Origin: Coleofasciculus sp. B1-GNL1-01
GTDB lineage: Bacteria > Cyanobacteriota > Cyanobacteriia > Cyanobacteriales > Coleofasciculaceae
Assembly: GCA_040220235.1 (NCBI GenBank)
Contig: JAVJTO010000106.1
Reading direction: 5' to 3' (one strand)
Length of the DNA stretch: 28,378 nucleotides
The notes below the pieces were generated by a model that was not told where the DNA came from, did no database searches, and was given only the letters and a program-made list of their open reading frames with translations. Both the position numbers and the translations under genes were made by a program. Shown piece by piece: positions 19,077-28,378 of the stretch. The stretch's first letter is position 1. Each line of letters opens with the position of its first letter.

Positions 19077-19871
19077 CTAGGCATCATCTACGCTCAGATT
19101 AAACAGCCGACAGGCATTCTGGGTAGTTTCTTGTGCCAAGGTTTCCAGGGGAATCTGCCGCAGTTTGGCAACACAATCGGCAACATGGTACACGTTAGCG
19201 GGTTCATTGCGCTTCCCCCGTTTGGGTACGGGGGCGAGGAACGGACAATCTGTTTCAATCAGCAGGCGATCGCTTGGCACTAGAGTGGCTGATTCTTTAA
19301 TGGCTGTGGCGTTTTTAAAGGTGACAATACCACTAAAGCTAATATAAAAACCTAGATCCAAAAACCACTGAGTCTCCTCTGGCGTTCCCCCCCAACAATG
19401 CATCACACCTCGAATGGGTCCCACCTCTTGACAAAACTGCTTCACCTGATCACGAAGATCAGCAGCAGCATCGCGACAGTGAATAATTACGGGTAAGTCA
19501 AGCTCGTGAGCGATCGCAAGTTGTGCAGCGAATACCTGCTTTTGCTGGTCTTGGTTTTCGGCTTTGTAGAAATCTAGTCCCATTTCCCCAATTGCCACAA
19601 CTCTGGCATCAGAACCTGCCAAGGCGCGAATTTGATCCGCCATCTGGGGCGTCCATTTGTGGGCATCTAGGGGATGTAAGCCGACAGCGAAAGACAGTTC
19701 GGGGAATTGATCCGCTAACTGCTGAATCCCGGAAAACTCCGACGGTTCAACACAGGAATGCACTAACTGCACGACGCCGACATCCCGCCAGCGATCGCGC
19801 ACCGCTTCTCGATCAGACTCGAAGACATCGAAGTTGATATGAACATGGGTGTCTATCAACTGCATTGACAT
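19077..19871 (-). CDS. tatD: TatD-family hydrolase/DNase
   Basis: [42 protein letters not shown]; conserved position between rpsT and rpoB. Confidence 0.95.
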   Translation of the reverse strand: MSMQLIDTHVHINFDVFESDREAVRDRWRDVGVVQLVHSCVEPSEFSGIQQLADQFPELSFAVGLHPLDAHKWTPQMADQIRALAGSDARVVAIGEMGLDFYKAENQDQQKQVFAAQLAIAHELDLPVIIHCRDAAADLRDQVKQFCQEVGPIRGVMHCWGGTPEETQWFLDLGFYISFSGIVTFKNATAIKESATLVPSDRLLIETDCPFLAPVPKRGKRNEPANVYHVADCVAKLRQIPLETLAQETTQNACRLFNLSVDDA

Positions 19872-20245
19872 TGTGTGTGTCCTCTCCTGCTCAATTCTTA
19901 TCCAAGATCAACCCAAGGAGCCAACATTTTTCCTAGCTTAGAGCTTATTTGGGAATTAGCACGCTCTTAATTAAAATCGGGTGTCACTCACATCTTGTAC
20001 CCGTCTTCCCAACCCCCTAGGGATTAAACCCTAGGCTAAAAGCTCAAATCCGCTCAAGCTTACTAGATAAGAGTTTGCGGGTGTTTACCCGCCTCAGCCT
20101 CAGTGAGCTAACGGCAGAAATAACTGACTAGCTAAACTTTCCCCCAGCTCCCAGACGTGCCGTGGCACGTCTCTACATTTTCTACATTGCTCCCCCAGAT
20201 TCAGGGGCATGGACTCAACGGCTCACGTCTTTCCGCCACCCTGCC

Positions 20246-20587
20246 CTAGGATGCCTCTGTCGTTTCAGCCGTCGATGTTTCAGCCGCTGGAGGATTCAGT
20301 TGAGCCTGTACCTTCTTGAGCTGCTTTACCAGACGGGACTTCTTACGAGAACCATTGTTACTGTGCAGAACGCCCCGCTTCACCGCTTTGTCTATCTTAG
20401 AGTAAGCAGCAGACATACGATTTTTGACATCCTGCAACGATTCAGGACTTGGCTGACGGGCGTAATCCTCGACAGCCTCAAAATATTTTTTCATCAGCGT
20501 TCTCACCGCTGATTTATAGGTCTTATTACGAACTCGGTTTCGTTCAGCGATTTTGATACGTTTAAGAGCAGACTTACTATTAGCCAC
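20246..20587 (-). CDS. rpsT: 30S ribosomal protein S20
   Basis: [22 protein letters not shown]...[22 protein letters not shown]. Confidence 0.97.
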   Translation of the reverse strand: MANSKSALKRIKIAERNRVRNKTYKSAVRTLMKKYFEAVEDYARQPSPESLQDVKNRMSAAYSKIDKAVKRGVLHSNNGSRKKSRLVKQLKKVQAQLNPPAAETSTAETTEAS

Positions 20588-20799
20588 AGAAATCTTCCGG
20601 AAAACTAAGGTTTGAGATTCTAATTTACAAAATACCAGAACAACTACTATAACATCTATGTCAAAAGTGTCGCGAGTCCAGAAAAATCCAGGTAAGCTAG
20701 AGAAGAGAGTCTAGGGAAGGACGGACTCCCGCTCAGGGAACTCTCTGTTTTTATCCTAGTCTCCCACGGGTAATACCTCATGATAGGCACTCCGACTCC

Positions 20800-22110
20800 A
20801 TGCTGCGAATAATCACTCAGCAGGCTGAGGCAAAAAATGAACTGCGGCGGATCTGCGATCGCACCTCCCACGATGGAATCATGCACAAAGAGGCGACGGT
20901 GCGAGAAGTCTTGCAGACGGTAAAACGCCAAGGGGATAAAGCCCTCTTGCACTATACCGAAGAATTCGATCATCAACGTTTAACCCCTGACCAACTGCGT
21001 GTCAGTGGCTCAGAACTGGATGCTGCCTACCAGCAAGTATCCAAGGAACTCCTGGATGCGATTCAGTTGGCAGCAAGGCAGATTGAAGCCTTTCACCGAC
21101 AACGTGTCCCCAAATCTTGGGTGCAGTTTGGCGATGATGAGGTGGTTCTGGGCAAACGCTACACGCCAGTGGATCGAGCCGGACTCTATGTTCCTGGCGG
21201 TCGAGCCGCGTATCCGAGTACGGTGCTAATGAATGCGATTCCGGCAAAAGTGGCAAAAGTGCCTCAAGTCGTGATGGTCACACCTCCGGGCTTGGAGCAA
21301 AAGATTAATCCAGCCGTCCTCGTCGCTGCCCAAGAAGCAGGTGTGAGCAACATTTACCGCGTTGGCGGTGCCCAAGCGATCGCGGCTTTAGCGTATGGAA
21401 CCGAAACCATTCCCAAGGTAGATGTGATTACTGGTCCAGGGAATATCTACGTCACCCTGGCAAAGAAACTCATCTACGGAACTGTGGGCATTGATTCCCT
21501 TGCCGGTCCTTCAGAGGTACTAATTATTGCCGATAGTAACGCTAACCCCGTCTATGTCGCCGCCGATTTATTGGCACAGGCAGAACATGACTCGCTAGCG
21601 GCGGCGATTCTCGTGACGACAGACTCGACATTGGCAAAAAACGTCCAAGCCGAAGTCAAACACCAACTACAGGATCATCCCCGACGCGAACTCACCGAAA
21701 AAGCGATCGCGCACTACGGCTTAATTATTGTCGTCGATTCCCTGGAAACAGCCGCTGAACTCTCTAATGAATTTGCCCCCGAACACTTAGAACTAGAAAT
21801 TACCGAACCCTGGGACTTACTCAACCAAATCCGCCATGCGGGTGCCATCTTCCTGGGAACCTCCACCCCAGAAGCCGTGGGGGACTATATCGCCGGACCC
21901 AATCACACCTTACCCACCTCCGGTGCTGCCCGCTACGCTTCGGCGTTGGGTGTAGAGACATTCATGAAGCACTCGAGTCTGATTCAATATTCCTCAACCG
22001 CCCTGAATAAAATGGCAGGAGCGATTCAGGTGTTGGCACAAGCCGAAGGATTACCTTCTCATGCCGATTCCGTGCGCTTACGCACCTTTGGCGATCGACA
22101 TTCGGATTGA
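20800..22110 (+). CDS. hisD: Histidinol dehydrogenase
   Basis: GLYVPGGRAAYPSTVLM, GPGNIYV, AGPSE, DLLAQAEHD, APEHLE, GPNHTLPT. Confidence 0.97.
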   Translation: MLRIITQQAEAKNELRRICDRTSHDGIMHKEATVREVLQTVKRQGDKALLHYTEEFDHQRLTPDQLRVSGSELDAAYQQVSKELLDAIQLAARQIEAFHRQRVPKSWVQFGDDEVVLGKRYTPVDRAGLYVPGGRAAYPSTVLMNAIPAKVAKVPQVVMVTPPGLEQKINPAVLVAAQEAGVSNIYRVGGAQAIAALAYGTETIPKVDVITGPGNIYVTLAKKLIYGTVGIDSLAGPSEVLIIADSNANPVYVAADLLAQAEHDSLAAAILVTTDSTLAKNVQAEVKHQLQDHPRRELTEKAIAHYGLIIVVDSLETAAELSNEFAPEHLELEITEPWDLLNQIRHAGAIFLGTSTPEAVGDYIAGPNHTLPTSGAARYASALGVETFMKHSSLIQYSSTALNKMAGAIQVLAQAEGLPSHADSVRLRTFGDRHSD

Positions 22111-22119
22111 GACAGAGCA

Positions 22120-22168
22120 GGGGGAGCTGGGGAAGCTGGGAAAGCTGGGGGAGCTGGGGAAGCTGAGG
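22120..22168. repeat. 9-bp tandem repeat GGG(G/A)(G/A)AGCT
   Basis: About 5 copies downstream of hisD. Confidence 0.8.
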
Positions 22169-22246
22169 ACGAATATTCTCAATGACCTCTTCCCCAATAA
22201 CTGACCTTAAGAGTACTATTTAATTCCCCATTCCCTGTTCCCGAAC

Positions 22247-22281
22247 AAAGGACAAATGACAAATGACCAAGGACAAATGAC
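22247..22281. repeat. Heptamer repeat (AA(A/G)(T/G)GAC-type)
   Basis: AAAGGACAAATGACAAATGACCAAGGACAAATGAC. Confidence 0.8.
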
Positions 22282-22380
22282 TTTTGTCAAACCAGTAGAC
22301 AAAACCTCTGATCAAGAGGGAAAATTCCTATTGCTGGGAGCCGATCGCTCACAATCGCTCATGAATGAGGAGAAATTTTG

Positions 22381-22806
22381 GTGCTAAAGACGATTCTGGT
22401 AGCTCTCGACAGCTCCAAGCCAACCTATCGCTTAATTGAAACCCTGGATAACCTACAAATAACATCAGCCGCCAAAATTATCTTGTGCCATGTCATGCCT
22501 CCTCAAGACCCTGACATGGACATCCCTGTAGATCGTCCACATCCTTCGGAGGAGTTTCTTTACCAAGAAACCGAACAGCAACTGCACCTGTATCAATCTA
22601 AACTCCCTTGTTCGAGTGAAATTCAAATTGTTAACGGTGATCCCGCCGCCGAAATCATTCGCCTTGCCCATATTTACCACGCGGATTTAATTGTGATTGG
22701 CACTCGTGGATTGACAGGCGTAAAGCGAATTTTGCAAGGTTCGGTGAGTAGTCAGGTGGTGGCTGACGCCCCTTGTTCGGTATTGGTGGTTAAGGCGAAT
22801 GAATAG
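22381..22806 (+). CDS. Universal stress protein (USP family)
   Basis: KTILVALDSS, GDPAAEII, ADLIVIGTRG...LQGSVSSQVVADAPCSVLVV; GAGGAG upstream (TTG at 22378 is an alternative start). Confidence 0.93.
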   Translation: MLKTILVALDSSKPTYRLIETLDNLQITSAAKIILCHVMPPQDPDMDIPVDRPHPSEEFLYQETEQQLHLYQSKLPCSSEIQIVNGDPAAEIIRLAHIYHADLIVIGTRGLTGVKRILQGSVSSQVVADAPCSVLVVKANE

Positions 22807-22809
22807 TCT

Positions 22810-22993
22810 TAAGTAGGTGGGGACAATTAAAGTTAACGGTGGGGAACTCGCTTTCGCGAGAAGCAAGCTACGTCATTCGTCGTTCGTCATACTCGCTCCC
22901 TTGAGAAGCAAGCTACGTCATTCGTTTATGTAAGGGTTTGAGGCTTGTTAACATAACTTCATAAGGTTGAGCTTATTTCCACCAACCTACTTA
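22810..22993. mobile_element. TA-flanked MITE copy 3 with nested small inserts
   Basis: Ends match 6268..6397; interior has two ACTCGCT...GAGAAGCAAGCTAC inserts. Confidence 0.9.
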
Positions 22994-23096
22994 TGTCATT
23001 GGTCATAATCAAGGGAGTGAGAAACAAGCTACGTCTTATGTCATGATCGTCCCCAGTTTCCAGACGCGCCATGACACGTCTCTACATCACTCCCCT

Positions 23097-23140
23097 ACCT
23101 TCCCCATCTCCCTCATCTCCCTCATCTCCCTCATCTCCCC
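23097..23140. repeat. 9-bp tandem repeat CCCTCATCT
   Basis: About 4 copies. Confidence 0.75.
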
Positions 23141-23226
23141 CAGCTTCCTCTAAATGCTTAACACAAACTCCGGAACGATAGTAGAAAATATGGAGGTAAA
23201 AAGGGTGCAGCTATTGTGTATAAAAG

Positions 23227-25467
23227 ATGACCGCAGAAACCTTTGATCAACAGATTACCTTATCCCTCAGACGTGTAGAAACGCTTTGGCAACAGGCACA
23301 CGAATCACTCAAATTGCCCGCACTGGAGTCTCCACACACGGAGGAGATCCCAAACCAGCAGCAACATTTACTACTGGAGAGTTTGACTGAACTGTCCCAT
23401 TCCCTGCAAGAACTACAATTTGCTGCCGGAGAACTACGCCAACAAAATGATAAATTAGTCCAAAGCCAGATTGCTCTGGAAGCGGAACGCCAGCGTTACC
23501 GGGAATTGTTTGAGTTTGCTCCCGATGGCTACCTGGTTACAAATCCCGACGCGATCATTGTTGAGGCAAATCAAGCCGCCGCCCAATCACTAAACTTTTC
23601 TCCAGAACGTCTGGTGGGCAAATCCTTCGCCGTTTTTGTCGCGACTCAAGAACGACGGGACTTTTATTACAAGTTGAGTCAGTTAAAACAGGGGGAGTCG
23701 ATCAATAATTGGCCCGTCCAGATTCAACCCCGTGGTGATACCTCATTCCTCGCTTCCCTAACTGTTGCGCCTGTGCAAAATCCAGCGGGTCAGGTGATTG
23801 GATTGCGCTGGCGGTTACAAGATTTGACGATCGCACGCTATAAAGATTCTATGCAATCCCACGTTCATTCTCGGTTTGGTTCCATTGTGAATCGAACAGT
23901 TATTGGTCTAGGACTTCTAGATCATCAGGGGAACCTGATCGAATATAACCCCAAACTTCAGGCAATGCTCGGTTGTCCGGCTGAGGAATTAGCACCCACG
24001 TTGATGAGGTGGATGAATTTAGATAAGCCAGGAATGGAATCGGCAATGTTTCGCCAATTAATCGCGGGTGAACGTCATTCCTACCAATTGGAGAAGCCTT
24101 TCCATCATCCGGATAGCCCCATCGAATGGGGACGACTTACCGTGGCGCTGGTGCAGGAGACATCAGACGAACCTATTTCAGTCATTTTTATCCTGGAGGA
24201 TATTAGTCAACAAAAACGTCTGAAAGCCAAGCAACAAGAAGTAATTCGTCGTCAACAAGCGATTCAACAGCAGCAAGCGGTTAAACAAAAAGCCAGTCAG
24301 CCGGAGAAAACGTCTCCTGTTCCCCCTCCTCCTGCAACTCCAGACACCTCCGTCGAACAACTGGGACAACTACTAAATACGATTCTCTCCAATTCTAGTG
24401 ACTTTTTTCTGGTGTGCGATCGCACGGGCAAATATGTCTATGTGAATCAATCCGCAGCCCAGGCGTGGGGACTTAGCCAAAAGGATTGTATCGGGAAAAC
24501 GTGGCATGATCTGAAGCTATCCACTGAGCAGATGAAACAGTTGGATATTCAACGGGACATTGTTTTAACTACAGGACAATCTGTCTCCGACGAAATTACC
24601 TTAACCACGGTTGAGGGAGTGAAGGATTACGAGTATACAATGACTCGCTTGGATCATCTTGAAGGGGACGGCGGTGCCGTTGTGATCACGTTTAAAGATT
24701 TGAGCGAACAAAAACAGGCGAGGGTAGCCGCTAGTGAAGCCATGGCAAAAGAAGCGGAATATCGGGCGCTCAAATCCCATGTTGACCGATTGGCTTCCGT
24801 GATTACCCAAGAACTCCGCCATCCTCTGAACACGATTTTTTCCCATGCGAAATACCTGGAAAATAATCCTGATTCTGACACGGAGAACAACACCCTTTAC
24901 TATCTCCAGCGCATCCAAGGAAATGCTCAACGGATTAACCAAATCCTGAATGATCTGCTATTGATTAAAAAGATTGAAGCCAAGCAACTGCGTTTAAATC
25001 TCACGGAACTGGATTTAACTCCGTTGTGTCAAGAATTAATCACCCAATTACAGGAACGTACACCGTCGAAACCTCAGATTAGTTTTGTTGGTTCAGAATC
25101 CTGTTATGGTATTGGTGATGAAAGATTGTTGCGTCGGATGTTGACAAATTTACTAATTAGTGCATGGCGATATGCACCAGAGGATAGTCCGATCAAGTTG
25201 GAATTGTCGTGTCAAGATGAAAAGGTGGTATTTCGTATCCCCGATTTTGGCAGTGGGATGCCCGAATCTGAGCAAAAGGTTTTCTTCAGCGCCTTCGACA
25301 CCAATCGTCAGGGTAATGAGATGATGGGGAGTCATTTAGGGCTGATGCTGGTTAAATATTGTGTGGATGTACAAGGGGGTGCGATCGCGGTAGAGTCTCA
25401 AGCAGAAGCAGGAAGTACGGTGACGATTACCCTACCTTTACCACAACCTAGGCAGGATAACTCCTAG
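23227..25467 (+). CDS. Multi-PAS sensor histidine kinase-like protein with degenerate H, N and G2 boxes
   Basis: PAS starts (YRELFEFAPDGYLVT; GLGLLDHQGNLIEYN; FLVCDRTGKYVYVN), HisKA-like QELRHPL, HATPase-like C-terminus GGAIAVESQAEAGSTVTITLP. Confidence 0.88.
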   Translation: MTAETFDQQITLSLRRVETLWQQAHESLKLPALESPHTEEIPNQQQHLLLESLTELSHSLQELQFAAGELRQQNDKLVQSQIALEAERQRYRELFEFAPDGYLVTNPDAIIVEANQAAAQSLNFSPERLVGKSFAVFVATQERRDFYYKLSQLKQGESINNWPVQIQPRGDTSFLASLTVAPVQNPAGQVIGLRWRLQDLTIARYKDSMQSHVHSRFGSIVNRTVIGLGLLDHQGNLIEYNPKLQAMLGCPAEELAPTLMRWMNLDKPGMESAMFRQLIAGERHSYQLEKPFHHPDSPIEWGRLTVALVQETSDEPISVIFILEDISQQKRLKAKQQEVIRRQQAIQQQQAVKQKASQPEKTSPVPPPPATPDTSVEQLGQLLNTILSNSSDFFLVCDRTGKYVYVNQSAAQAWGLSQKDCIGKTWHDLKLSTEQMKQLDIQRDIVLTTGQSVSDEITLTTVEGVKDYEYTMTRLDHLEGDGGAVVITFKDLSEQKQARVAASEAMAKEAEYRALKSHVDRLASVITQELRHPLNTIFSHAKYLENNPDSDTENNTLYYLQRIQGNAQRINQILNDLLLIKKIEAKQLRLNLTELDLTPLCQELITQLQERTPSKPQISFVGSESCYGIGDERLLRRMLTNLLISAWRYAPEDSPIKLELSCQDEKVVFRIPDFGSGMPESEQKVFFSAFDTNRQGNEMMGSHLGLMLVKYCVDVQGGAIAVESQAEAGSTVTITLPLPQPRQDNS

Positions 25468-25526
25468 GCGATGACGATGGGGAATAAAATCCCAATCCGA
25501 TATAACCCTGGTGTGCTTTCAGGATG

Positions 25527-25554
25527 GTAGAGACGTAGCATGCTACGTCTCTAC
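25527..25554. repeat. Perfect 28-bp GTAG REP-like palindrome
   Basis: GTAGAGACGTAGCATGCTACGTCTCTAC equals its own reverse complement. Confidence 0.85.
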
Positions 25555-25587
25555 AGTATTCTGGAGGGGTGTTCAACCGAGTTTGAA

Positions 25588-25719
25588 TATAGCACTACGC
25601 ACTCTAGTTAGGACATATCAAGAAAACATAAAATCGCTCAATCCCTTATCAGGTAAGCGTTTTCCTTCACTATTGCCTATTGCCCATTGCCCATTCATTG
25701 CCCAGCGCGTAGCGCTATA
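25588..25719. mobile_element. MITE with TATAGC(A/G)CTACGC inverted ends and internal ATTGCC(C/T) repeats
   Basis: TATAGCACTACGC / GCGTAGCGCTATA (12/13 inverted match), terminal TA. Confidence 0.75.
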
Positions 25720-25826
25720 AACCATCTGCCATCTACTTTTTGCTGTAGAATTGGGCGTTCGGCTGAAATATCGAACTCAGTTAACCAAATCGTCAAGTTT
25801 TTGCTATCATAGCTATCTAGTGAGTC

Positions 25827-25908
25827 GCGGACGTGGCGGAATTGGCAGACGCGCTAGATTTAGGTTCTAGTACCGCAAGGTGTGAAGGTTCAAGTCCTTT
25901 CGTCCGCA
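25827..25908 (+). tRNA. trnL: tRNA-Leu (anticodon TAG), CCA not encoded
   Basis: Acceptor GCGGACG/CGTCCGC-A, D loop GGAATTGGCAGAC, anticodon stem CTAGA-TTTAGGT-TCTAG, long variable arm, GGTTCAAGTCC. Confidence 0.97.
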
Positions 25909-26196
25909 TTTAAGAAGAACAAAGAAACTTCTGATCTTCCTGATCGAGAATTCAAAATATTAGATCAGGAGCAAAATGCTTTGTATACATTATCTGAACA
26001 ATTTGATATACGTCATACAACCTATTTCTTGTGGGTAGTGGATGACCGTGTTTGGGTATATTCTGGTGATCTAGGAACTTTTTTCTGGGAAAATGAGCCG
26101 GACAAAAAAAAATGGCAGCGTCATGTATATGCGCGTAGTGATGTGCCAGCGCCTAGCTATTTAAAGGAGCAAAGACCTAGATTACATCAGCGTTGA
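25909..26196 (+). pseudogene. 5'-truncated hypothetical gene abutting the tRNA 3' end
   Basis: Open frame with protein-like aromatic content (HTTYFLWVVDDRVWVYSGDLGTFFW); its only early start lies inside the tRNA. Confidence 0.5.
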
Positions 26197-26394
26197 ACCC
26201 TTATTGTTTTCTGTTCCCTGCTTCCTGTTTTCAATACATGATCGCACTTTGTTAAGTTTTCTGTATAGGGGTAGAATGCGATCGCCTGTTTGGGGGTATG
26301 CTTAAAGATATTTTCTGCTATCCATCTCATAGACGCGATCGCGCCTCCTGGGAGGGACAGAAAAGACCAGCATCAATCAGGGGAACCTCTGGTC

Positions 26395-26973
26395 ATGTCT
26401 TTCCGAGAACCCATCCGCAAACCAAATTTCTCACCTTTGAGTCGGAAGTCCGACACCAATCCGTTGCAGCGACGCCGTTTCAAAGTTCCGAAACCCCAGA
26501 AACCTGTGGTGCGACGCTCACCGGAGGAACAGAAGGCGTTTTTGCAACAGAAACTGGATCAGTCGGCTTTTGTCGGTTACAACGGTCTTAATGTCCCGGT
26601 TAATGTCCCTCAAACCCCACCCCCACAACCTGTACAGGAGAAGCCCACTGATGCAGGGTTAGAAGATAACGCTCAACAGCCAGAGGTTTCCGAGGCGGAA
26701 GCAACAGAGACTCAGGAAGAGGAAACGGTTCAGCCAAAGGAAGGTTCAGAAGCCGAATTATCACAGAACCCCGAATCCCCGGATACAGAAGTAGAGGGAG
26801 AGGCTGTCACCCCTGCTCAACCCTCAGCAGCAGAGAGTGGAAACAACCCATCCCCAAAACCCAATTTACAAGCTCAACTAGAAAAAGTATCTCGTTCGAG
26901 TTCCAATTTGCTGAATATTCCTGTCAAGGCTCCAGGAAAAGAACCACCGTCAATGCCAAGGGCTGAGACCTGA
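26395..26973 (+). CDS. Low-complexity P/E/Q-rich hypothetical protein, possibly 3'-truncated
   Basis: ORF with ATG at 26395; internal repeated motif; stop lies inside a dispersed 15-mer. Confidence 0.6.
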   Translation: MSFREPIRKPNFSPLSRKSDTNPLQRRRFKVPKPQKPVVRRSPEEQKAFLQQKLDQSAFVGYNGLNVPVNVPQTPPPQPVQEKPTDAGLEDNAQQPEVSEAEATETQEEETVQPKEGSEAELSQNPESPDTEVEGEAVTPAQPSAAESGNNPSPKPNLQAQLEKVSRSSSNLLNIPVKAPGKEPPSMPRAET

Positions 26974-27286
26974 AGGGGTGACAATGCCTCATTCCAGGGA
27001 GCAAGCTGACGGGTTACTCGCTTGCGTGAACCATGAATGTACGTGAAGGAATAGAGCAGCGGGGTGAGGGGTCTGACCCCTGATTCGCCAGCAGTATCAA
27101 GGGGCTGGGGGTGAGGGCTGTAGCGTCACCTACAGAGGGTGGTGCAACGGTAAAGCTAGCTTGTGCGATCGCGTAAGACCCAAACGCCGAATATCATGAT
27201 TTGGCACATTTTGTCAATTTAGCAACAAAAATTAATAGAGTTACCCTCTACATTAGAAATAGAGATAAAAAAGAGGGATAGTGATC

Positions 27287-27745
27287 ATGGGCTTAATCAA
27301 CAACATCGAAGTTCGTCCCTTGGAATCGGTCAAAGGCGGAACAGTCGATTTTTACACCCCCCAATCGAGTCACGAAACCATGCTGGTGCAGATTCCACCT
27401 GCTACCGTGGAAGATCTATTTGTTCACCGATTTCAAACCGATCAACTTTTAGTAGTGCGGGGAAGTTTTGTCTTGGTGGTGCTAAGAAATCGTCAGTATG
27501 ATTATATTCCTTTAATTGACTCCCAGCCAACAGTGGTGCAAGTGCCAGTCGGAATTCTTCATGGTGCAATTAATCTCAATTCCGAAGCTTGTGTGGTAGT
27601 GAATGCGGTCTTGCGTCACGGTACACCTCATGAACGGGATTATCAGCCAATCAAACCACCGTTCCCTTACGATTTAGAATTGGCTCAAGCTAAGTTAACA
27701 GAAGTCACTTGTTCAACGAACACCCCATTATTAGCAGTCAATTAA
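27287..27745 (+). CDS. RmlC-like cupin (dTDP-4-dehydrorhamnose 3,5-epimerase-like)
   Basis: Cupin motifs LFVHRFQTDQLLVVRG and VQVPVGILHGAIN; GAGGG upstream. Confidence 0.75.
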   Translation: MGLINNIEVRPLESVKGGTVDFYTPQSSHETMLVQIPPATVEDLFVHRFQTDQLLVVRGSFVLVVLRNRQYDYIPLIDSQPTVVQVPVGILHGAINLNSEACVVVNAVLRHGTPHERDYQPIKPPFPYDLELAQAKLTEVTCSTNTPLLAVN

Positions 27746-27789
27746 TTGAACCCTTGCACAATTCAGCCGAAAATTGGCACTAAATTATA

Positions 27790-28245
27790 TTAAACCATCG
27801 CAGGTGTTTTCTGACTCCGAAACTGCGTAACTTTCATCCGCATGGTTGGCGGTGGCGCAACGGTTAAACCCCGACGAGTTGGCTTAATTGGACGATTATC
27901 TGCCAAGGTTAGTTCACAGCGCGATACAATCTTGGCTAACACCAATTTCATCTCAAATAGAGCAAGTGCTGACCCAATACAGCGACGAATTCCTCCCCCA
28001 AAGGGTAAATATTCGTACTGAGAATATTGCCGTTCTAAAAACCGTTCAGGTTTAAACCGTTTCGGTTCGGGATAGATATCCTCCCGCTGATGAGTCAGAT
28101 AAATCGAAGGTAGGAGTGTTGTCCCTGGCTCAAAAGTGTGACCCATAATTTCGATGGGAGATTTAACAATTCGGGGAAAAGGATTTAAAGCAATGGGATA
28201 AATCCGTAGCGTTTCCTGGCACACGGCTGTTAAATAACCTAGACT
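27790..28245 (-). pseudogene. Cytochrome P450 C-terminal fragment (CYP110-like)
   Basis: ExxR (QETLR), PERF, FGGGIRRCIG heme motif; in-frame stop upstream at 28273-28275 and no P450-like sequence beyond ~28245. Confidence 0.85.
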
Positions 28246-28378
28246 CCGCACTTCAACTTGAAGTACAAAAAACTACATGGCTGATACAGGCAAAAAGTCC
28301 GAAAAATTAAACCTTTGAATATCTTCTAAAGAAACAGTAATTGTTTTTGGGACTCTTGAGAGTTTTTTTGAGCAGCCT

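Overview
Cyanobacterial chromosomal DNA: the HIP1 octamer GCGATCGC occurs roughly 30+ times, RNA polymerase is split rpoB-rpoC1-rpoC2, and heptamer tandem repeats and GTAG hairpins suggest a filamentous, Coleofasciculus-like taxon (inference). The core is the conserved hisD / rpsT-tatD-rpoB-rpoC1-rpoC2 block. Around it are two tandem peptide-ABC solute-binding genes, a USP, a PAS histidine-kinase-like gene with a degenerate catalytic core, tRNA-Leu(TAG), a cupin and a truncated P450. The most notable region is 1-4400, an array of small two-gene toxin-antitoxin-type modules (DUF433/DUF5615, two divergent xisHI pairs, a decayed higBA). Each module is bounded by co-oriented ~35-bp HIP1-anchored tandem repeats, and the whole array is bracketed by a perfect 37-bp direct repeat. 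This looks like a HIP1-delimited cassette array; no integrase is present in the window. Several MITE families are visible; one splits the lipoprotein signal peptide of the second ABC-binding gene, which can be reconstructed in frame.
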